A DNA stretch of 64,000 bases. It comes from an uncultured Planctomycetia bacterium (lineage in GTDB: Bacteria > Omnitrophota > Gorgyraeia > Tantalellales > Tantalellaceae). The DNA is taken from the NCBI GenBank assembly GCA_964572255.1, contig CAZNEE010000001.1, positions 66,223 to 130,222 on the forward strand, read 5' to 3'. The notes beneath the pieces were generated by a model. That model had not been told where the DNA came from and made no database searches. It saw nothing but the letters and a program-made list of their open reading frames with translations. The stretch's first letter is position 1. Every line of letters starts with the position of its first letter. The translations under genes were made by a program, and so were the position numbers. This document shows positions 10,398-21,200 of this stretch, one piece after another.

Positions 10398-12002
10398 ATG
10401 AAACTGATATCCATCGTGGTTATCCTATCTCTCAGTGTGCCCGATTCGGCCATGGCACTGGCTCCCGCGAACAGATTTAATCCGATCGAGGATGCGGAAG
10501 AAAGGCAGGCCTGGGATGAAGAAACGGTCAGGAGCGTTAAAGCAGGCGAAGTGCTCGGTAAATCCTTCAGGAACAGGGTCGCTTTCCGTGATATGAGTAT
10601 TTTGATAGGGAAATACCTTCATTCGGGCATATCAAAATACACTCTCGTTCAGGAAATTAAAGAACATATAGACGCGGCAGAACTTGCTTTGAGCAAGACA
10701 CACCGGGATCCGCTCCTGGCGGGGTTTGAGATCGATGAATTGGAATATCGTGAAGATGAGAATGCATTTTATCTGCCTTTATACCGACAAGGAAAAAAAG
10801 CGTTTTATTACAAGTATTATACGGAAAAGGACGAAAAGAACCCACCCCACATCACGATCCCCCTTGGTAACGGAGAGTACGTTTATGTTGATGTGGTAAA
10901 GATCCTTCCGGATGAAGAAAATGAAGTATCGATAAACAATAAGGAAATGTCATCGGAGGAAGAGCAAAACATGTACATAGAATTAATGCTCAGGTTGAGG
11001 AAAGAATACCCCTGGCGTCAGTGCGCGGAACTTTCGAGCATACTGAAAGGCGAGCTTGAAAAAATGGGGGTAAAAGCCACAGTGTACACTACCCCAGTAT
11101 TTCTTGAACATTATAATATTGATCATGTCTGGGTTGTGACCGAGAAGGGATGGACACTGGATGCTTATCCGGAAGGTTCCAGGATGCCTAAGAAATTTGA
11201 TCATTTATGGAAAGAGACCAAAGGAGTTATAGCATTAGGCCCCGACTCCATCGGAAAATACCCGTATAATTCCGAAAGAGTTGAGATGGAGGTTGGTGAA
11301 GAGATAATAGGATATTTTTCAAAACGCGGATCCGAGTCTGAAGGGTTCGGTTCGATGGAAAAACTTGCCGCTGAGAGATCAATAGAACCCACTCCGGGAT
11401 CAGAGAAAAAACATGCTGTTCTTTTTAAAGATGCTGTTAAAATTAGCCAGGTAAGGGAAGAGGAGAAGATTTCATTTATCGCTCTTGGTACAAGCTGGAT
11501 CAAAGGCTATAAGAAGGGCATATTCCTTCAATATGATGCCTTGAATCCCCTGATCAAGTCTGTCAGAAAATTTTGTGAAGATAATGGCATACGTTTTGTA
11601 GAAGGGGACGATGAAACGATAGTAGGGGCCGTAAAAGATATTAAAGAAAAAGACCCCGGCGCCAGGGGCGTGGTATTGGCCGGCGAAGGTGTTGTCAATA
11701 TTCTTGAGGAATGTTTTGAAAATGCAGGCCTTGAGAACGATGACAGTGTTTTATTTGCCGGCGTTGACAATGGAAATCTCACCGTCGATAGTTATATAAG
11801 ATTTTTAGAGATGTTAACGATTGCGTTAAGATTATCAGCACGCGATTCTGTAAATGAAAATATCATAAAAGTTCTCCAAGTAAGATATCCGCAATTGGGA
11901 TTAGAGCTTGTGCATGGCAGACGCATTAAATTCATTCCCAAAGCCGAACCCCTGGACTATGAACTGTTCAAAGAGATCTGCGAAGTTCAAATCTGCGCTT
12001 AA
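10398..12002 (+). CDS. Secreted protein with transglutaminase-like (papain-fold) Cys-His-Asp domain
   Basis: ATG at 10398 lies 7 nt after the upstream stop and gives a signal peptide MKLISIVVILSLSVPDSAMA|LAP. Motifs QCAELS (Cys 11022), DHVWV (His 11124) and WTLDAY (Asp 11160). Confidence 0.75.
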   Translation: MKLISIVVILSLSVPDSAMALAPANRFNPIEDAEERQAWDEETVRSVKAGEVLGKSFRNRVAFRDMSILIGKYLHSGISKYTLVQEIKEHIDAAELALSKTHRDPLLAGFEIDELEYREDENAFYLPLYRQGKKAFYYKYYTEKDEKNPPHITIPLGNGEYVYVDVVKILPDEENEVSINNKEMSSEEEQNMYIELMLRLRKEYPWRQCAELSSILKGELEKMGVKATVYTTPVFLEHYNIDHVWVVTEKGWTLDAYPEGSRMPKKFDHLWKETKGVIALGPDSIGKYPYNSERVEMEVGEEIIGYFSKRGSESEGFGSMEKLAAERSIEPTPGSEKKHAVLFKDAVKISQVREEEKISFIALGTSWIKGYKKGIFLQYDALNPLIKSVRKFCEDNGIRFVEGDDETIVGAVKDIKEKDPGARGVVLAGEGVVNILEECFENAGLENDDSVLFAGVDNGNLTVDSYIRFLEMLTIALRLSARDSVNENIIKVLQVRYPQLGLELVHGRRIKFIPKAEPLDYELFKEICEVQICA

Positions 12003-12062
12003 ATACCTATAATTATTAAACTTATATAAAATTAAGGTTTAAAAAAGCTGGAAATTATAGCT

Positions 12063-12097
12063 TTGTGTTTTTGTTATATTTCTGATACAATATAACA
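12063..12097 (+). promoter_or_regulatory. Putative sigma70 extended -10 promoter with overlapping inverted repeat, upstream of the 10,132-aa gene
   Basis: TTGTGT (12063-68), 17-bp spacer containing TG at 12083-84, TACAAT (12086-91). Perfect 9-bp inverted repeat TGTTATATT (12072-80) / AATATAACA (12089-97). Confidence 0.5.
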
Positions 12098-12131
12098 GAT
12101 AACATAACAAAAAGCTAGATTTTAGTGGAAG

Positions 12132-12185
12132 GTAGCCTATCACTCTTCAAATTCATGGGGATTGAACTAAAAGAGGGTAGGCTAC
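12132..12185 (+). promoter_or_regulatory. Long hairpin in the putative 5' leader of the giant gene
   Basis: GTAGCCTA (12132-39) pairs with TAGGCTAC (12178-85). The stem extends with CTCTT/AAGAG, and an inner TTCAA/TTGAA pair is possible. Confidence 0.5.
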
Positions 12186-12218
12186 AGTTATATATAGGAA
12201 AGTTAAATATTTTAAAAT

Positions 12219-15200
12219 ATGTTTAATATCAATAATAATATAATAACTGAAAATAATACCAGACCTCTTATTATGGACTGGCAAAGCTCCAGAAATAAGA
12301 AGTGGATCAGGACCATAGCGTTAATAGTCATATTCTGCTTTACACATCAATCAATAGGATGGACCGAAAACGGAACCCCCGTATGGACAAGATCAGTTAA
12401 CCTTCCGTCAAATATCGCCGCAAAAGAAGAAGTATTCACCTCAAAAGGAATTAACGGCGACAAGACTATTATCAATATACAGGATGCCCACGCTTCCTTA
12501 AGCGCCCAGGAATCTATTGTATCCGTACTGGATTCATTAGTGTCCAATTACGATCTGAAACTCATAGCTGTTGAAGGATCCGCGGGGCGCATCGACACGT
12601 CACTTTTAAGGACTTTTCCGGATAAAGAAATAAGAGAAAGGTCCGCATACCACCTTATGAAAAAAGGAAAGATGTCGGCTGGAGAATTTTTCTCGATAAC
12701 TTCTGATAAGGAAGTTGCACTTTATGGCGTTGAAGAGAAAGATCTTTATAGGAAAAATGTCGATCAATTTCGCGGCATCTATGAAACGAATCAGGTTATC
12801 CAGAAGGATATACTGAATCTTATCAGCGTTTTAGATGTTTTAAAAGACAACATTTATTCGCAAGAATTAAAAGAGCTTGAGAATAATTCCGTTTTACATG
12901 AGAAGGGAAGCATAACCCTGAAGGAGAGATGGTCTTTTCTCGGCAAGCTGGCCCGTAGATCGGGAGTAAGTCACAAGGAGAAGAAAAACATATCAAAACT
13001 TGTTCAATGTCTTGAGCTGGAGGAAGAGATAGATTTTGAAAAGGCCAATAGCGAAAGATCCGCTCTTATAGATATCTTAAGTAAAGAATTGTCCAAGGAA
13101 GCGCTCGAAGAATTCGTTCTCAAGTCTCTTTCGTATAAGGAAGGCGGGATAACTCAGGGCGAATATCATTTATATCTCCGGAACTTGATGAAAGAGGCAG
13201 GGATCCCTTCCGTGACATATAAAGATCTGAACAAGTTTACAGACTATATTTTTCTCTATGAATCGATAGATATTATCAGTATTTTTGAAGAGATAAAAAC
13301 CTTTGAAAATGAGATAAAAGACAAGTTATTCAAAAACCGCGACCAGAGGGATCTGGACGCATTTTCAAGATACATGGAAACGATCAGGGACCTTTTCGAG
13401 ATAAGACTCGTTAACAGTGATTTCGGGTATATTGTTCAAAACAAAGATAAGTTTACCGCTTCAAATCTTTCAGAATTCATAAGAAATTCTTCCTCAAAGT
13501 ACGGTGTCAGGGTAAAGTGCGATTTTGATCTGGCCAGGATATTCTCCGGCATACCTAAAGCTCTTGAATTTTACAGAACTGTAGAGGAGAGGAACTCCGC
13601 GATACTCGCGAATACCATCAAGGAAATGGACGAAAAAGGACAGAGTATAGCAGCCCTTATCACCGGAGGTTATCATACCAGGGGCTTGAAAGAACTTTTA
13701 AAGAGAGAAGAGACTTCTTATATCGTGATACTTCCTAAATTTGATGATTCGGAAGAGACAAAACGCCCTTACATAGCGATCCTTACCAATAAAAAGGAAC
13801 CCTATCAGGAGCTTTTGGATTCCGGGAGATATTATCTTGCCACAAGCGCTTATTGCGAAGGGATAATAGATCTTTTCAAGAGTTCAGACTCTTTAGAGGG
13901 CGATATCCGGGAAAAATACTTTGAACTGGTGGATAATTACGGGGAAATATTCATTCATAATGTCGTTATGTGGGTTACGGGAGAGTCGGATCCTGATAAG
14001 GCGGCCGGGGTTTTCAGGAGGAAATTCAGGAGCAATCCCGAAAGGATACACAAGGAATGCGCGGATCTTATTGACAGCTGGTCGGGGAGTTACAAAAGTT
14101 TTTACGATGGATGCGAGGACAAGGAACTGTTGATCTCCCCTGAAGAGACTAAAAGGTTCCTGGAGTTTTTGGTCGAAGAGAAGCTCGGAGCTACACGTGA
14201 AAGCAAAGAAGAGCCGGTATTACTGCAGGGAGAGGAAAAAGATCTGCAGGATGAGTCTTATGTTGTCAGAAGCGTTATAGAGAGGATCACTAGTCTTGGC
14301 GGCGATATAAGTGATCTTGACAGGGCTTGCAGGATCTTAGGGGTGACCCCCACACCAGGCATACGGGAAGAGGTTTTAGGGCAGTTAGGAAAGATGGAAG
14401 GTGCAGAAGATGCTGAGGTGTCTCCTAAGGAAGAGATATCTGAACCCGAAGAAAAAACTTTGATTGCAGAAGAGGCCGGAACAGTCGAGGAAGATATAAG
14501 GAAAACTGAACCATCCAAAGAAAAGGGTTATGAGGAGCATGCTTTCACGGTCAGGTCGGCTGAGAAGGCGATCATAGTCAGCATTTTATTGTCTTTATTG
14601 AGCTTTGCCGGTGCGGTCAGTTTATTGATATTTAACTATACTTCTCTTTGTTATGTTGTTTTCTGCGGCCTTCTGTCGTTAGCAGGCGTTTATTTTATTT
14701 TTGCCGCTATAAGATATTTTATCATCAAAGAGGATGTTGAGGAAAGATTAACGAGGCGCCTTGTAACGCTTGGCCTTAGCGAGGAAGAGGCCAGCAAAGT
14801 CGTCAAACATATCGCTATAACACATTCCTCGATAGATTACTATGATCATGTGGGGCCGCAATACGGAAAGTTAAAGGAAGAACAGATCCTCCCCAGTAAA
14901 AAGATAAGGGATGAATTTTTGCCTAAGGATAAGGAAGAGAGAAATAAATACATTGCAATATTTAAAGAAGCGGCACTGATTTCGTTCAAGAATATGCACC
15001 CGGACAGTGTTAAAAATTATAACAGAGTTCTTTTAATCAAGCATGAGTCTTTCAGTCATATCAGAGGCTTATTAGCTATCACGCCTATCAGCCTGCATAA
15101 TGCCGCAATATTCGGAAATGCCCTGACATTTTTATCATTTATCGGAATCTGGATCTATCTTTTCGTAAAGGATAATATCAGCATGCCGCTGGCCGGCGGT

Positions 15201-18200
15201 GTTATTATCGCGGTCTTGACCTTGGACATTTTCACGCAGCTGCTGATTTTTATAAAAACTTTCATAGGCCTGCAAAGTAAATTTGTAGAAGCCAATACGG
15301 GATTGAAGGTGTTTTCCGTATCAACGATCCTATTTCTGATCTCATTTCTGGTATTGATCTCCATCAATCCCGCGCTTTTCTCATGGGGCGTTCTTTTGTG
15401 GGCGGTGATAACCGATCTTCTTTTGGCCGGGTTTTTGGCGTTATATCTGACTAAGAGCGAAGAATGGCACGCAGTAGTTATACCCGTTTTGACATTACTG
15501 ATCGGGGCGGGGTGCATATATCACTTTAAAATAAAAGAGGCCTTTCTCAGCACATCCGAACTTGCGGCAAAAGCTGCTTTCACAAGGGAGCCAGACGTGA
15601 AGGAAGAAACGGTATTCCAGATATTGGCGCACAAGGATAGGGAAGAAGTGATCCCGGAGATGGTAAAGAACCTTAACAGCAATAACAGAAAACTCGACAA
15701 TTTTTCCGTGCAAATGCTTGATGTATTAAAATGGGAACCCGAAAGCCTGAGGGAAGAGGTCGAATATCATGTTGCCAGAAGGGATGAAAAGAGATTCCAG
15801 CCGCTTAAGGATGGGATGATCGGTCTTCTTATAGATATCGTTAAAAGAGAGGACGCCGACAGCGGAGCGCGTTTATTCAGCGCCATGCTGTTGGCAAGAG
15901 AATGTGACAAGAGGGTCATAGAACCCGTTCTTGATATGTGGCATAAGATAGGGATCATCTCTTCTTCCGGGTTAAAGGAGGAATATTCTCTTGAAGCTGA
16001 TCTTAAGATGCTTATTGAGAACCATGGGAGTATAATTTATCCCCATCTCAAAAGATTCATTGTTGATGAAGAATGGAAGAAGCGTGATCCCGAGAAAAGC
16101 GTAATAGATTCCAATTGGCTGAGAAGACAGGTTATTGCAAGAGTTCTTGCGGAGATAAACGATCCCGGAACGGTTGATCTCCTCGCCATCATCCTTGAGG
16201 ATAATATCGATGAGAACCGGAACATTGCGGTAGAGACTTTGATCAGAATAGGAAAGCCCGCCATTTCCGCCCTTAAAAATATTCTGGAAAGTTCAAAATT
16301 TTCAAAAGCCCGCGAATCTGCGGCAATGATCTTGAAAACAATAGGAGGGGAAGAAGCCAAGGCCATTTTACTCCAGGCAAGATCGGATGGATCACCCAGG
16401 GTGAGGAAGGCTGTCGCCGATGCTTTAAATGCTTTAGGATGGGCGCCCGGCGAAGAGCAGGAAAAGATCGACCATTTTATTGACAATGAGTATTGGGATA
16501 AGATAGCCGAGATAGGCGCTCCGGCGATATACCTGCTCGAGAGGAGACTGGATTCCGATGACATCCAGTATCGCCGCAGGATAATTTACGCGCTCGGGAA
16601 TATAAAAGATCCGCGCGCGGCTGAGATCATTCTGCCGCTATTGTATGATGATAAATCGGATATCAGGATATCGGCAGCGGATGCTTTGGGGGCATCAGGC
16701 GATAAACGCGCAGTTGAGCCTTTGATGGAACTATTGGGGCATAGCTATTCGCCCGTACGCGGATCCGCGGCCAGAGCTCTTGGAAAAATACGGGACATTC
16801 GCGCAATAAAAACTCTTATAAAATCTTTGGAGACTGAGGATAAATCGGATGCAAAAATAGAAATGATCTCAGCCTTAAAAAAATTCAAGGATAAAAGTGC
16901 GAAGGATATACTTATCAAAGTATTGTATGATGATGAGGAAGGCGTGAAAGAATCCGCCAAGAAAGCTTTAAGAGCGATCTTGGATATGGAAGGGATGCTG
17001 GATGAATTGGATCAGGCATACGAAGGAAATGACAGAGAAAAGATCTCTACACTTGAGAAACTGCTTACAGAAGTTGATAAACCCGCCCTCATCCAATGGA
17101 AACAGGACCGCATGAAAAAACAGGCGCCCACTTTCAAGAAATACCTCACAATAGGCGGTATAGCTACGCTCGCGCTGGCCGTTCTTAGTGTAATTTTCCT
17201 CGTGGTAAGAAAGCTCTTTAAAGTGAAAAAAGTTTCCGGGGAAAAAGATGACTCCACGCATGCATTTACCGCCTTAAGCGGTTTTATTGGCTCGGGCATA
17301 ACGGCACTCTTGTCCGGCGGAACATTCATGGGCGCTGTTTTTGCGTTCGGCGCGGGAAGCATGGCGCTGAATATTATCGGATCCTTTGCGGTAATTGTCG
17401 GTTTTTATTTAGGTATTGCCGCTATGAGATATTTTTTCCTGGGGAGGGCTACTTATACCGCCATGCGCGATGAAAAGCTGCCCTTCAAAAGATCTCTTAC
17501 CGAACCCATAGCCAGATCTGACGAAACCCAACACAAAGCATTTGATCACCTGAAAGATAAATATAAGGAACTTATCAAGAAACACGAATGGCATGAAAAT
17601 CATTTTATAGGCATGCTGGGGATACTATTATTTCCGAGCATAACTGTTAGCGAAACCGCCTGGACCTGGGACAGACGGATCAACATTGTTAGATTAAAAT
17701 GGGTAAGTATTATTTTAAGTTATATTTCTCTTGCAGCGATCGGTATTTACGCAATACCCATAGCGGACTTGGTCGTATTGCCCGGCGCCGCAGCCGTTAT
17801 TTCCGCGGTTCTTGCTGTTAATCTTTTCATGCAGCTTGTTATTATACTGAAATCTTATGTTGAATATGGTCTTTTTGAACCACCGGTTCTGGTGTTTCCT
17901 GCCTTAGCTGCCGCAAGTATGCTGATCTTGAATTTAGTAAATCCACTTTTTCTTTTTCCGGCTACATTTTGGGCAATTTTCACTGCGAGCATTGGAGCCA
18001 CGGCGTTTGTTAGCGATAGTTTACGTGACCGGTTTACAATCGCATTTGCAGTTTTATTATTTGTATTATCTTTTGCGGTTTTACCTTATAAGGTCTGGTG
18101 CGCGGGCAAAGAAACGGATGCTGTTATTAAGGTAGGCATAGAGCATTTTAGCAGAAAGAAAAAATTAGATCCATTCGCCTACCAGATATCGGCCAACAGG

Positions 18201-21200
18201 AAAAGGGAAGAGATCATACCTAAAATAGTCGAGTTACTTCATAATGATAAATATTCCAGGGAATTCGCTGTCCGCATGCTTGAAGAACTTAAGTGGGAAC
18301 CGCAGAATATAGAAGAAAAAGTTCTGTACCTGGCGACAAAAGAAAGGTTTGATGAAATAAAACTTCTGGGCCGGCCTGCTATAGACATTATCGTCAAGGG
18401 TTTAACGGACAAATCCTCAGTTAGTCGGAAGTTTTCCGCTGATATCCTTAAAAAAATAGAGTGGGAGCCGAAAACGCAGAAAGAAAAACTGTCTTATCAC
18501 ATTGCCGATAAAAATTGGGATGTTTTGGCCGAAAGGGGCGATATCGCCATAGAACAGCTGAGAACATGCCTGGAAGATGAGGATAGAGAGGTGCGCAAGG
18601 GGGCGGCAAAAGTTTTGGATAAGTTAAGCTGGCAGGCTGAAACGCAGGCAGAAAAAATAACTTATTCTATAGCTAAAGAGGATCAGGAAATGCTTATCGA
18701 AATAGGTGCTCCGGCAGCCGATGATCTTATCAAGATGCTCAAAGACAAAGATCCGAATGCACGTATATTTGCGATCAAAGTTTTGGAGCAGATAGATGAT
18801 GAAAGAGTTGAAAGGCTTCTTACCGTCAGGGCATTGGAAGATGAAGACGAGAATGTCAGTACAGCCGCAGGCGATACATTAAAAGATATGATCGATGTTG
18901 CAGAACTATTACAGAGATTGGATTGGGCTTACGAAAAAGATAATAGGGCGAAAATAAAAGAAATAGAAGACGTGCTTTTAAGGACCGATAATAAAGAGGC
19001 TCTCGTCAAGTGGAAGCAGGACCGCATGAAAAAACAGGCGCTCGCTTTCAAGAAATACCTTATCGTAGGCGGTATAGCTACGCTTGCCTTGGTCGTCCTG
19101 AGCGGGCTATTTCTTGCGGTTAAGAAGCTATTTAAGGTGAAAAGATCCGGCAGTACTCCCAAACTTCCGCTTATCATTTTATTTGTACTGCTTTCACTCT
19201 TTTCGGCCAGAGGGATAAAGGCCCAGGAAGTTCCGGCCCCAACACCCCTCCCAACGCCTCAAGAAGAGATCAAAACAGAAAAGATCCCCGATGTCGACGC
19301 TTTAATAGAAAAGTTAAAAGATAATGATATGGATATTCGGGCATCTGCCATAAAGAAGTTGGGAGAGATGAAGGAGGTAAAAGCGGTAGATCCTCTTATA
19401 GAGATCGTAAAGAAAAAATGCTCAAGAAAAATATATATTGAAAAAGGCTTGGTAGAGTCATTAACAGTGGAAATGCCTGACGGCACTAAAATAATATGCC
19501 TGCCTGATGATGTTGCTTGCCGGGTACAGGCGGCTAAAGCTCTGGGAAATATCTGCGATAAAAGAGCGGTAGATGCCCTTATCGAAGCTTTAAAGGATGA
19601 ACTTTCAGGCGAACCGAGAAGTTCCATAATAACGGATTTGACCTTAGCCGAAGCCCATATAGGTGAGGCTTTGGCAAAAATAGGGGAACCGGCGATCGAA
19701 CCCTTGAAGAAAGCTTTATCCGAAGCTGACCACCATACCAAACGGGAGAGAATAGCCAATATTTTGCGCAAGATCGAAAGCGCTAAAGCAGCCGAGGCTT
19801 TATTAGAGAGCTATAAAAAAGAAAAAGAAGACCCCAAATGGGTGTATGTAAACGTTTACAACGGTTTAATAGATATAGGCAGACCCGCGGTAGAAGTCCT
19901 TATAAAAGCATCGAAAGATGAGGATATTTGGATTCGCCGCCTTGCGTTAGACGTATTAGGAGAGATAGAAATAGGAACCAAAGAAGCTAGCGAAGAGGCG
20001 GTAGATGCGCTTATAAATGCTTTAAAAAGCGGAAAGAATCATAGTTTGGATATGGGGCCGGCGTTTATCAACATGAGCAAGAAGAACACTTATGTGGTAG
20101 ATGCTCTCATAGAAGCGCTGAAAGATGAAGATTATTCCGTGCGTATCGATGCGGCATCAGCTCTCAGCAGGATATGCGACCAGAAAGCTGCAAGCCCTCT
20201 TTTAGATGCTTTTCTGAAAGAAAAGGATGAAATAGCGCGTCAGGCGATTGCGTCTGCTCTTACTGAAATAAAAGACCCGAACGCAATAGAAGCATTAAAG
20301 AAGGCGCTGGAAGATGAAAGCAGCCGCGTTCGTGCGGTAGCGGCGTGGGCTCTTGAAAGAGTTGATGTAATGACCCCTGAACTTAAGATAATAAGGTATG
20401 CCAAGGATCTGGAGGATGAAAGCGTTGAAGTCCGCGTAAAAGCGGCAAAAGCTCTCAGCATGATGCATGGTCAAAAATCGAAAACAGCTCTTATAAAAGC
20501 CCTTTGCGACGAGGAAGAAGATGTCCGCAAGCTTGCAGAAAAAGCGGCTGAAATGCTGGAGACAAAGCTTATTCTTGAAGAATTGGAAAAGGCCTATGAC
20601 CGGGATGAAGATAGAGAGAAGATCATTGCGATAGAGAAATTTATCATCAAGACCAATAAGCCTGCCCTAAACGAATGGAAACGAAACCGGATGAAACAAC
20701 GGACTTCGCCCTTTAAAAAATACCTTGTCTGGATCGGGATCGGCACTTTGATCCTGGTATTTCTTGGCGGGATAGCCATCGCCGTTAAAAAGGTCTTTAA
20801 GTTCAAAAGATCAGGTAAAACACCAAAACTGCCGCTTATCATTTTATTCGTATTGCTTTCGGTGTTTTCAGCTAAAGGGGTAAGGGCCCAGGAAGCCCCC
20901 GTTCCGGCGCCTCAGGAGCAGGAGGAGGTAGAAAATGAGAAAGAGGTGGATCGGCTGATAAAAGACCTTGGAGATAAAGATGAATCTATCCGTAATAGAG
21001 CCGCTAAAGCGCTTGGAGAGATAGGGGGCCCTAAGGCGATAGAGGCCCTTATAAAAAATATGGCAGTAACGCATGACTTGCATGGCATTAAAATAGTAGA
21101 TCCCAGAGCCTGCATGGATGCTCTTGTTAAAATAGGCGAACCGGCGGTGAAACCGCTTATAAAAAGCCTTGAAGATAAGGATGGGACCATACGAGCATGT

